DNA of 64,000 nt from Lingula anatina (Eukaryota > Animalia > Brachiopoda). Position 1 is the first letter of the stretch. Each line of letters opens with the position of its first letter. The notes under the pieces were generated by a model, which saw nothing but the letters and a program-made list of their open reading frames with translations, was not told the DNA's origin and did no database searches. Position numbers and translations under genes: made by a program. The stretch is taken from contig CM120641.1 in the NCBI GenBank assembly GCA_051362555.1, forward strand, positions 19,840,001-19,904,000, read 5' to 3'. Shown piece after piece: positions 25,316 to 37,200 of the stretch.

Positions 25316-27534
25316 GAGAGATAGAGAGAAAGGGGGTGTTCTTTTAGTGAATTTTTAAATATTATAGCTGTTTTTCAATGTTACTAAAATATAGTTTTCA
25401 TTAATAAGTTTTTTGTCTGTAACAGAACTACAAATGATGTTGATTTTGGTCTTTGATATTTCCAGGGAGGCTGGACAAAAGGGAAGCTAACCTGCCCAAA
25501 ATGTGGTGGAAAAGTAGGTGGCTTTGATTTCATCAGTCCAAGTAGATGTAGCTGTGGTTTGCATATGAACCCCTTCATATATCTAACAGCTAACAGAGTG
25601 GACAGAGATAGACCTGTCTCAGTGCCACAGTCCACCCCCAGTGCTGCTCCTCTAGCACAGAGGCCAGTTATTACAAGGGAGGAAAGTGGTGGCATTGTAC
25701 ATTTAGATGGTGGAAGTGAGAATCTTGCAATTGTATCAGCAGCCAGTGATGACATTGACCATTTACTACAAAGTGATTTAATACAGGCATCTAGTGATGG
25801 TGGTAATACCTCTTTAAGGTATAGGAATAGAGAAAGAACTGAACATTCTGTTAGTGAAAGAAATGCAGACGCACTCAACCAGCAAGGTGTTTCAGTGGAG
25901 GCAAATGGTGCATCCCAGTCAGGTGATGATTCCCATAGGTTGCATGGTGCACAGGAGGGAGCTGTGACTAACTCTGACACTTTATTGCATTCAAGTGACT
26001 CTGAACTTAGCGATTCTTCTGTGAGCTCATGGATACTTGAAACTAGTAGTTCACCAACTTCACAGTCTGAGCCAGATGAAACGTGGGCAAATAGTGACAA
26101 TTTACATTCAAGACAAAATAATTTTACTCTGCTGGTACAGAGCGGAAAAGAAAGTGACAATGATTGCAGTGACAGTGTTGATGAGAAAAATAATGAGGTA
26201 AGATCTGGTGTACATGTTGAATTCTTGCATATAAAAGATTAGCCACTTGCACTTTCAGGCCTGTAGCCAGATTTTTTAATGGAGGGTTGGGTTATTTTTC
26301 TGAAAAACGCACCTTTGTACCCTCTCATTTGACCCAACTTGAGATACGGCAAATCTTGATGCAGAGTGAAGCTTTTTGCCTCTCTCCCATAATTAGTTTG
26401 CTACTATGATGAAGCTTTTTAGAGCAGACAGTAACTTTGAATTACTTCTTTTGTTTTTGTATTTTAAGAAGATTTAAAAAAGATTCTAAATGACCTAAAA
26501 ATCTGGAGTTGGTAAATTTACTAGTAACTGCATGTAACTTTAAAATATGATTTTGTATTGTTTTTAGATCTATTGCAAGTTTAAAAGAAATTAAGCAGTC
26601 TAAATTATCAATTGTTTGCGATTTATTTTCATTTCTTCAGCTAGGAGATCTTGAGTTGATCAAACAAATGGAGGGCTTGACATGTTCCATATGCCTGGAC
26701 CTGTACTACAGGCCACACTCATGTTACCCTTGTCGCCATGTTTTCTGCGAGAGCTGTCTGCGTCAGATCGCCAACTCCAGTTCCACAGACACTGTGTGCC
26801 CATTGTGTAGAACTGAAATCAAGAAATGCATTTTACATGAAGGTACTGTATAAGTGTCCTATTAAATTAGTTTCTTAAGCATATTTGAATAAAAAAAACT
26901 TCATATTTAACTCTAATTTTATTTGGTACGTAGACATTGCCGTACTTGATGACTAACTGGTAAAGTGCTTCTTTGTAGCGTAGGAGGTTTTAGGCATGAT
27001 TCCCAGACTGGATCATATCAGTGATCATCATAAAATTGTCACCTCTCCCCCAGGCCAAGTTTTCAACTTAGGTGGAAGTTGGATTTATATGGTCATGGAT
27101 TAATTGACAGAGTTTGAATGATTAGCCTTACAATTATTGACTGATCATTCAGCATCTTCTCTGGTAGGTGAGAAATGCAAAAAAAAGTGCATTTAATAAT
27201 GTTATCTGTATATATAAAAAACCAGTGCATCTCTTCTGATTTATTTTGAAATATTATTTTTTTGTGAATTCCAGATCTAGAGAGACAAATCAAAACCACT
27301 TTCCCAGAGGACTATAAGTGTCGACTAAAAGAAGGCAGGAAACTGAGACTTAAACACATGCCCCTTCCTCGTAGAAGATGGAACCCGGGGCTTGACCTGG
27401 AGTACCAGCAGCAGCTGAGCTGGAACAGTTATAAAACTGAGCTAGCTGTGGTGTTCATGTTGTTCTTTGTGGTGGCAATATTGGCTCTGTCATCGTTTCC
27501 CATGGTGATGGTGTTACATGGAGGGGAGCCTTGA
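24296..27534 (+). CDS. RNF180: RNF180-like membrane-anchored RING E3 ubiquitin ligase (about 450 aa)
   Basis: Exons 24296-24362, 25003-25094, 25466-26197, 26641-26842, 27275-27534. N-terminal Zn domain YKCRMCR...PQWI...WTKGKLTCPKCGGKVGGFDF...CSCG, a Ser/Asp-rich linker, C3HC4 RING CSICLDLYYRPHSCYPCRHVFCESCLR...CPLCR, and a C-terminal hydrophobic anchor LAVVFMLFFVVAILALSSF. Confidence 0.88.
25252..25308. repeat. (GT)n microsatellite
   Basis: Direct reading. Confidence 0.95.
26945..27045 (+). mobile_element. Possible highly decayed tRNA-derived SINE head
   Basis: Weak A-box-like gactaactggtaaagtg and B-box-like ggcatgattccc, followed by gatcatatca...taaaattg, resembling invertebrate SINE heads. 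Confidence 0.3.
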
Positions 27535-27983
27535 CAACGATTGACTTACATGTATGTGAATATTTACACCAGGCAAAGTATAGTTGTGTTGAATGTAAAC
27601 TTTACTAGATTAATCATAGAGAAAGTAAGAAATCGATAATATGAGGTCATTGACAACGTAAGACAGTAAGAAATTGATATTTTTTACTTGAAAGTGCTCA
27701 GCTTCATCAGGTGAAAAATCTTTTTTCAGTTAGCACTATGTGGTTATGAAGTTGGAGCTTGTGGCATCTGATAAATGCACCTTTGTGATACTTGTCAACT
27801 TCAAACGTTGTGCAATAAAACTGAAAAACTGAGGATACACATAAGAGTGATTGTGTTTATTCTGGTAAATTATTTGAAATAAAACTTGGGGGAAAAATCA
27901 TGAGTCAAATTGTAATATAGTAAGCCAGGTTTCAGTATTTTTGCTGTGAATGATATAACAAAAAGCACTTAAAACTTAAGTGG

Positions 27984-30239
27984 TTAGTCAGTTCCCCAAA
28001 AATGGACAAATTCATCCCAGTTGAGTTTTTTGTCTCCATCCTTGTCATTTTCAAGTACCATTTTCTCTATTTCATCATCTGCGATGTCAAATTGTCTCAT
28101 GATCTGAAAGAAATACAAATCAAATCATGCTCCAGATTTATGTTGTTATGCATTGTGGAATTTTTGGTTTTGAAAGTCAATAAGGAGAAGGTTAGTTAAT
28201 TCAAGTCAATTTATTCTTACTATTCAAAAAAAAAAAAAAAGAAAAGAAAAAAAGAAAGCCCATTGAACTAAGTGGTAAGCAAAGTTTACCTCTTGTGCTT
28301 CATATATATCTACATATCCATCACCATTTGCATCAAATTCTTTGAAAATCCTTATGAGCTCTCCTTTCCTGAATAACAAACGTACTCCATGTGGGAACAA
28401 GTCTATGAATTCAATTCACCTCTCTCTCTCTCTCTCTCTCTCCCCGTTATACATCAATTTGTCTTTAGGCAATGTAAAATGTACTTCTAGTCGTTCAAAA
28501 GAAAAAATCAATCATCCACATTAAAGCAATAAAAATTTGATTTAGAACAATTTTTAATACTCACAATGTATTCTGTTTGTTTAAATAAGGTTTATGTAGC
28601 CATTAAGAAAAACAAACATACTTTTCCTCTACTTTTTCATAAAAATCAGCAAATTCATCAATGTTTAGCTTTCCATCCTTGTTTTTGTCAAAGAACTTCA
28701 TGTATGCTTTTGACTTGTAGTGAGGAAAGGCAAGTTCTTTGCTCAACACATCTGTTGCCTCTGTAAGAAAGCAATTGTCAGAAGCATGAAAATTCTCTTT
28801 TTAGTTTTTTTTACAAGTAAAAAACAAATGAGCATGCTTACAGATCCTTGCAATGGCTTCCTAAAAAATGAAAAGCAGTGTTCAGTGTGTTCCATTATTG
28901 TGCTGAAGTATGTGGCACCAGTTACCGCAGTCAATGTGATAGACTTTGAGACAGATATAATAGATCATTGTGTTTTAATGGAGGGCTACAGTTCCTACCT
29001 TGTTCAGAAATAAACCCAGAGCCACTTTTGTCAAACTCCCTGAAGTGAATCCTCAGTTCAGCTCTCCTGGTTAAAATACACATTTCAAAATTTCATCTTT
29101 TTTCCTCTATACATTGTTAAGATTGTTATACATTCTTTCATAATAAAAAAACACAAAATCTTCCCTTTAAGTAATACTGTTTAATTTCTTTAGCTTTGTG
29201 ACATATGGCGTGCCCTGGCTGAGAGTTCAGAGGCTAATTGGTCTAACATTTTGATGGTCTAAAGGTTAACTGTTCAGAAACCCATTGGTCTGATAGCTAT
29301 ATTTATGACATTTTGCACAAGAATCAACTACTGGTAAGAAGTCATTACTGTTTTTCTAATAATTTTTCTGAAAGCACTTGCTGTAGAACCTTGAGGCTCA
29401 TGAACCTTTGAACAAAAGAGATGCACATGCAACCATGTTGAAAAATTTTGTATACATTTCAAAGTTAAATTTACCAAATGAAGTTACTGGACCAGCTGGA
29501 CCAGGTATATACTGGACAAAACCTACTGGTGTTGTCTCGATAGTCCAAGGTTCATTGGCCGAAAAATCATAACATTTTCATCAGATTTTTACTCAAGGGT
29601 TCAATGTTCCGAAGGTTCCATAATGAACATTTGGACCAATGAACCTTCAGACTATTGAACCTTCGGACAATTGCTACAACCTCAACCTACTTGTGCTCAT
29701 CTCTGGGTATGTGGATAGCATTCCCTGGCATGGCATTGATGAATTCTTGAAAATTTAAGCAGCCTTTTTTGTCTCCATCCCATCTCTGGATTATTGCCTT
29801 AGAAGAGAAACATATTTATACATATAAAAATATAGGACTGAATGAAAGTAGTAGAGACATGGTGAAATGTACCAAAAATATGAATTCTTTTTCTGGCAAT
29901 AGCTTGCATTATACACTGTAGTCAAATAAGAGAATAAAATAAAACTTTTTTCAGGAATTATTAGGCAATTACCAGGTAATTATTCACCAAATTCTAAATT
30001 GAAGAAGAGGATGTAATAAAAAAGAGCCATTTCAATAAAAAATGAATATAAAACTGCTATTTAACCTCAATTTGCTGTTTATCCAGATTATATCCAAATT
30101 TTTTAGAAACTGCTGCCAACTCCTTCACGCTTACAGTTCCATCTTTGTTGATGTCATATAAGTTGAAAAGAGCCCTGTACTTAGCCAGTTGCTTTTCTGT
30201 GAACTTTTTCTTCCAGTCTTCTTCTGTTTCTGTAGCCAT
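27984..30239 (-). CDS. Calmodulin-like protein with six EF-hands (about 228 aa)
   Basis: Exons 30066-30239, 29691-29797, 28999-29066, 28622-28760, 28290-28368, 27984-28103, all phase-consistent. EF loops DINKDGTVSVKE, DGDKKGCLNFQE, DKSGSGFISEQE, DKNKDGKLNIDE, DANGDGYVDIYE and DKDGDKKLNWDE. Confidence 0.9.
29538..29672. repeat. Degenerate fold-back minisatellite or MITE relic in an intron
   Basis: Short motifs ccgaaggttc and aaggttca on the left face their reverse complements gaaccttcag and gaaccttcgg on the right. Confidence 0.45.
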
Positions 30240-33200
30240 TGTATTTTATCTATGACAAAAGGACTATATCAATTAAATACTTATTTGACTAAAAGGGCAT
30301 GTATGATAAGATCGAGTAAACCTTATTTAAAAAAAATTCCCTAGAACTATTATTAAAATGCCCCAATGTTAATGTTATGTCCTTGCAACAGATGTTTATA
30401 GGTAATATCCACCTAGACTACAAAAACAAACTTTTGAAGGTGTGCTATTGACCTACATTTCCTGGTATGTTGCAGTCTACCACCAAAAGTTGCTTAGACA
30501 TATTAGTTTGCTCAAACAACTAAATTAATTGTCATAATAATATGTAAATTAAAATGTAATGAAAAAAATTAAAGTAATAAATAAATACATTCAAAGTAAA
30601 TTAAATTATAAATGAATAAACCACAGGTATAACAATTATATAAGGTAAGAACTGTTCCTTATTTTCCTCCCAATGTGAATATGATTCAAAGCCAATGCTA
30701 CTGTACACCATATAAAAGCTGGAGCAACTCTCCCCTGAAGATAAGCATCAGCATAGATTTATAGGTGTGTGTGTGCTAATAATACACCTATTTCCTAGCC
30801 GTATAATGCAATTAAGGCCAAATCCCACTTTTTATTTCTTTTTCTTTTGCCATTATCATTCCTTCATTTTTCATTCTTGCTTCTTTAGCTGCAAGCACAT
30901 GGCGCTGTGGATGCATTTTTTTGTTCGATGAAGACATTTCCTAAATAAAGTGAGAGATGCAAGATTCCAAAATGTTTAACTGTTGGACATGAGACCCAAT
31001 TTTATTACCTGAGCAGGTCATTTTTGGAAACTCATTTTACAAGCTGGCCATATCACACAAACTTTTGAGGAAAACCAAATCCTACACAGCTGTAAGTGAT
31101 CTTTTTTTCAAAAATATTTTTCTGAGGTCACCATAGTGCAGTGATGAGCAAATAAAACAGCTAGGCCATATAGAAGTGTTTGAACCTACAACATAGGCAG
31201 AGTTGATATATGAATCATGGTAGCCTAGAATCAATTAACCGTAGAGTTTAAGCAACTGCTTAATTACTTCTGGGTTTATTTGACTTACCGTCATGTGAAT
31301 GTATTGGAATTTACTTTAATATCACAAGGAATTTACTTTAAATATTCCTGAGCCATATAAATACACAATATTTATATGCCTCAGTGGGAAATCCAGACCT
31401 ACCTGGGCTGTACTTGCTGCCTGCCAAACTTTCTGAAGCCAACTGGGCCCCTAATAGGTGGAGTTCCACAATTGTACTCTGGGAATTGAAGCCAGCAGGA
31501 GAGCTCTTACTAATCAACATCATATTGGCAAGTGAAATTCTCAGGGACTTTTTCCCCCCCCCCCCTTCTCCTCCCCCTACTTTTTATCTATATTTTTGAG
31601 AAAAAAAAAATAGCTGCATATTTTCTGTCCTGCAGGAATTCGTTGTTCTTGCAGGTTTATCTATGATCTAAAAAATATGGACAGCAGCCTTTTTTCTGGA
31701 AGGTCCTTATCCTCAGGAATGCTCAAAATGACATGTGTGTTTATCTTATCTCAATTATCTCACAAATGAGGGCAGTGCAAAGGTAAAATATCAGATTTCC
31801 AACTCATCTTCATAGAAATGAGAATTTTGGTGGCCTTCATTTTTTTCTACAAAGACAAATAAAAAAGAATTGATTGGACTTTCATGTTGGCTGTTAGCAT
31901 TTAAATCATTTTGTCTAGGTATGATGCTTTAAACTGAATTAAATCTTGTGCAGCACAAGTGACAGTTAAAATTCAACTCTGCAAATTAGTTTCATCTTTT
32001 TTGACAAACCAACAAAATAAACACCTGGATGCTTGGAAAATGGCAACAGCTGTCAAAAAACAGATATATGCATAGATTTACTCATTGGCATGTTGAATTA
32101 GTAAACAATTTAAATCTCAGAAAAAAATCGATATTTATACACATTTGATGAAGGTGTTTAACACCCAGATTAAAAAATTTAGTTTGCAAGATTCCAAACA
32201 TATCAAAAAGATGTGATCAAACATTCACATCATCTTATTAAGCACCTCACCCCATGACCCATTTTCAAAACTAGATTAACATGAAAAAAAACAAAAAACA
32301 TCTTCATCCCTTAAATATATAAATTCCCATCTAAGGTAAGAGCAAAAGATTTCATGTAATTCATGAACAAAACAAGAAGTATTTATGATGGAAGCACCTG
32401 TTTATTTCAAAAGAAGCAACCAGCTTCCAGAGGAAAGGAAAAGATCGCAGCACACACTGTGCTTGATTTCAAGAAGATGCTTTATCTATTAGCACCACAT
32501 TAAAACACCAGTTAGGAAAAAGGCACTGCTAATGATGACCAACTGCTGAAGCAAAATTAAAAAAATACAACAAAAACTTTGCACTTAAATCATTCAATAA
32601 TCATCACTTTAAATCATCACCAAAATCAGTAATATGATTTACATGTAGCACCAGAATTACAACAAGAAGCTTTGACTTTCTAAAAAATGAATCTCCTACT
32701 CAACTTATCTCCAAATCTCTTGGGGGAAAATCAACCCTTTGTTTTAAAACTTAATATGAACTTTCATCCATGGCACATGTACACAAGGTGGGACAAAATA
32801 TCTAAAATGACTATATAAGATAAATTCAAGATTTATAGTAAAATACTGCTCTGAAAGCTTAAATACATGCACTAAAAGCAATGTAATTTTACATCTGTAA
32901 AGCTTTGTACCAAAACTGCTGATGATTCATAGATTGAAATGATCAGCCAATATACATATCCTACTTAACCTTTATATATGTGTGTGTATGTGTGATTATT
33001 CCATATAACTCTCCACATTAAATACATACATTGTAGAGCAGAGATCTTGTGTTCACGTGACAATCACCTGGATATATGAAACAGTGTTTACAACCAACAT
33101 TTACAATACTTACAAATGACCATAGATACATATAGCACAAAATTACACAGCAAATGTACAAATATACATATTAATATGATAATATTGTAATCTAAAATTG

Positions 33201-33513
33201 AAACATAATGCATATTGTGCTTCCATTTATCCCATATGCAGTCTTTAATACTCTTCCATTCCTGCCAATACCCACAACCAAAAACGGAATAATTCAAATT
33301 GCAATCAATAATGTTAATCTATCAGATAACATAAGCCATAACAACAACTTAACTATAACATATGTCATTAAAAGCAACCCTGGCAGAAACATCTCTGTTG
33401 TTTCCTGCAATAAAAATCAAGAGAATATTAAAGCTAAGAAATGTTTGTCAAATTCCAAATATTCTACGGCATTAAAAGGCAAGCAAATGGGCAAAATATG
33501 TCTGCATCATTTA

Positions 33514-33830
33514 CAGGCCTACCCAACTACCAGACTCGGCACCGAATGATCCTGAATTCACCGGTAGATCAGACCACACTACCCGTTTTCAAGGTGTGTG
33601 TCAGATCGCATTACACAGTATCATACCCTGAAAAAATTTTGAGTGGTGATGTAATGCTTTTCAACCCCGCTGAGAATCGTCACTATCACATCGCGTACTA
33701 GGCAAGAGCGGTGTCGTGTGTGATACTGTGTAATGCGATCTGACACACACCTTGAAAACGGGTAGTGTGGTCTGATCTACCGGTGAATTCAGGATCATTC
33801 AGTGCCGAGTCTGGTAGTTGGGTAGGCCCG
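33514..33830. mobile_element. Young MITE with 110-bp terminal inverted repeats
   Basis: Arms 33514-33623 and 33721-33830 are reverse complements with 2 mismatches by eye. The spacer is 97 bp and ATTTA lies on both flanks. Confidence 0.88.
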
Positions 33831-34214
33831 ATTTATTATTGTGGAAAATTGAGTGGCATAGAAAATTGCCTATAACATAAAAGAAAAAATTGGTACTTGT
33901 ACAACAATATCTTAAAAGCAAAATGTAAAAACAAACATATCTCTCAATGACCTTTAAAAGAACAAATCTTGCAAAACAATTTGGCAAATATTTAACCAGA
34001 TGAAAAAAATCTATATCTATATTCATTTCACTTGTGAACTCATTTAATTACAGAATCCACTTATTTAATAAATGACAGTTAACTTGTATATTTTTCAGAT
34101 TTTAGTAATTACATCCAATTTTTACTACTCTTCACATCAACAGGTTCAATGAAGATATTTCAAATTTCCTGCTCAAATGCAAAAAAATACATTAAATTAA
34201 GAGATTTCACCACA

Positions 34215-37200
34215 TCATCCATAGATCATATTGGCAACTGTCATATACTGTGCTCCTGCATCACCACACAAAAAGCATATTTTACATGCATACTCGTGAC
34301 TAAGTCCACGGATGTACTGTTCCTGTGCCACCGTCTGCTGAGCTAAATGATTCACAACCTTGACACGTTCTGTCTCAAACCACAGCTGGAATGTATCGTC
34401 ACTATATACAGACTCCTTCCCACCCATCTGAAGTATAACCCTCATGTCCTCCTCATTTGGTCCGAACAACAGGAATTCTAGGAGATATTTAGAATGTAAA
34501 AGGAAACTCCCAGGATCGGTTTTCAGGATGTCGAATAATTTTTCAACTCCCCGGGAATATTTAGGAGTGAAGAGGATTACCGAATCCCAATCTGATCCTG
34601 GAAATGCTAAGTTCAAAACAGACACTAACATGTCCTTCACCTCAGATTTTTCAAATGCTGTGAAAGATTCCTCAGAACTATTGTCTTGAATTTTTGGCAT
34701 CAGGGCAACGGTCCTATCCTGGGAACTTAGTGGAGATACCACTACAATGTTGGCAAGTTTTTGTTCAAAATTTTTTTTATTATCTTGCAGCACTCCAAAA
34801 CCATCGATAATCTGCAGCAAAACAAAACACATCTGCTTCTCAAAATCAACGAGATCTGAAGAAGATCGAAGGCGAGTCAAGTACTGATTTAATGTCTCTA
34901 TAAAACTGAATTTCAGGAGTCTAAGGTGGACTTGTTCAGATGATGTGTGGTATTTGTGTAGTGTGTAGGGAAGGCTGCTGACATCTATCTTATCTTTCAT
35001 CAGTGGTTCAAGGTTAAAGATGTTTGGGTGCTGTAAAGTGACATCATCATCTGTGATTGGATTGTCTGTGACCTACAAATAGAATTCAAAATATATACAG
35101 ACAAAATATAGAAGAGTAAAAAAATGTGACTGCACACTAGAACTTAAAATAAAGCAGTCTCACAGCTGACAGTAGATAAACATAAAAATATCAAAACTTT
35201 AATTTTTATTTTCATCATAATATATGTCTTGTAAAAAGAAAATCTGACAGGAAGTCATTTAGCAACGGCACTGAATACTGTTTTACATGGACAGTATACA
35301 TTATATTCATCTTACATCTCCCCTTTTTATCTTTAAAGCGTTAATGTTGAATTGCATGTTTTATCCTTACAAAGTACTGTACTAGCCCCACCCTCCCCTC
35401 CAGTATTCTGAGTGTGGAACTCCCTTAAATGGATGGATGGTTAGTATAGGACAATAGTAAAGTGGCCCCAAAATTGCTGCCACAATTCTATATCTGTCCA
35501 AACACTAATAACTTACCAAAAGCACATATTCTGTCCTGCAGCGCATGTCTCGGAGCCTAACACAGTAGAAGCTGTAGTCACCTATCTGACAAATAGGACC
35601 ATCTCCCTTTATATCCAGATCCTGAAACCTCAGATCAGTCGGTATTTTGTCCTCTGGCAGAAACCAGTTCTCTTTGTACAATTTGTGGATCTTCGTCAAG
35701 GTATTCAGAGTCAGAGTAGCCTGATAGCAAAAAGCATCCACAAAACTTGTGAAAGGTTGCTCCTTTAGTGGCTTATGTCTGCCTTCTTTAATCATAGTCA
35801 CATAAGGATCCAAGGGTTTTGGCTTCTTTATGGAAGGCCCTCGAGATAGTTTAGGTGAAACACCACCAGGCAGAGACCTTGAAGACCTTGGACGAGGCAA
35901 AGGCTCAGGCCTATGACCGTACCTGCTGGCCATACACACTAAACCAGCAGTGGAAGATGTACCAGCCAGAGAGAGATCGTCTGCATCAGAGCTAGCCCCA
36001 GATTTGTGCTGTTCTACCAAGTCATAGGAGTCACTTTCCTCTGCCTCTTCTGGCACATTTCTGAAAGGTAATGGCACCTCGCTGGGATTGTCCCAGAGCT
36101 TGGAAGGTTCAAGGTAGTCCTCTACATTGGCTGGTGGTAATGCAGGTGGCTTCATCTCATTAGCAGAAGACGAAGTTGTGTGACTTGAGTCTGAGGACGT
36201 ATGTGAGAAGTCCTTTACATCACCATGGGCCTTCACTCCCACTGAGTCATAAATTGGCTCGAAACCATCTTCCTCGTCATCTCCATCACCATCACTGTCT
36301 CTATCTTCCACCCCTGTTGGAGTGACTGGCTCATATATCCCCTTGTCTGGGTGGTCAGGGCTGAGATCATCTGGGGGTGGCAGGGCAGGCAGGGGAGGGG
36401 GAAGAATTTGTAAAGAATTGGCACGCTTTCCGAAATCAAAGGCGGCGTTTCCTAAAAGGAATTAATTAACATAGGTAAGTTTTGGTGCTTTTTTTTTTCA
36501 CTGTCCAGTTTATATTTTTAAAACATGCAATCATGCCAGCAATCAAGCAAAGTCTTAACATTAATAAGATTATACATTATCATCATAATATATTTAACTA
36601 ACCGATGGTATGAAATGCAGGATATTCACATGGGACATTTACACCTGCTCCATGCCAAAATTGTTCAAACATAGCCTACTTTAGCCAATAGATTCTTCGA
36701 CCCTTGAGGCTCAGAGAGCCACTAGGTCAAAACAATTTTGGCTCAGATTGGCTTATTAGAATAGCACTGCACAAAAGTTTCCATTACCATCATTGTTTTT
36801 GAAAAACAGTGGTAAACAGTACACATAATGTAGGACATACCAACTGTATCATATATATTTTCTCCTTCTTCTGTCATGGCTTCCTCAGTCAGGGTACCAC
36901 TTCTCTGCTGTAGACTGCTTTTGGCACTGACTACTTCATCAGAAGATGCCTGCAAAAGAGAAATGTAATTCTCACTTAGAAAGCTCTTTACTCAATAAAA
37001 TTCTGTGAAGATCAAAGTCAAATAAAAATAAATTAAATTAGCTTACACTAATATTATCTTACTGATAGTTACTAATATATTTCAATCAGCTATAAACAGT
37101 TTACTAAGACCAAATGCAAGTAGCACAAAAGTTCAGAGAAATACCATGGAAATCCACATTACTTTAAATAACCTTGACAAAACCAGTTACAAAAGTAAAA

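Noticed and set aside
25384-26160. 258-aa minus-strand ORF
   Set aside because: Antisense shadow of the large RNF180-like exon, with no recognisable motif.
27532-27642. Stop-codon readthrough of RNF180-like (TGA-C followed by about 35 open codons)
   Set aside because: Not the strong TGA-CTAG context, no supporting structure, and the length is compatible with chance.
27984-30239. RCN2 orthologue (human RCN2 has six EF-hands and neighbours PSTPIP1)
   Set aside because: No signal peptide, no HDEL-type terminus, too short, and the spacing is calmodulin-like.
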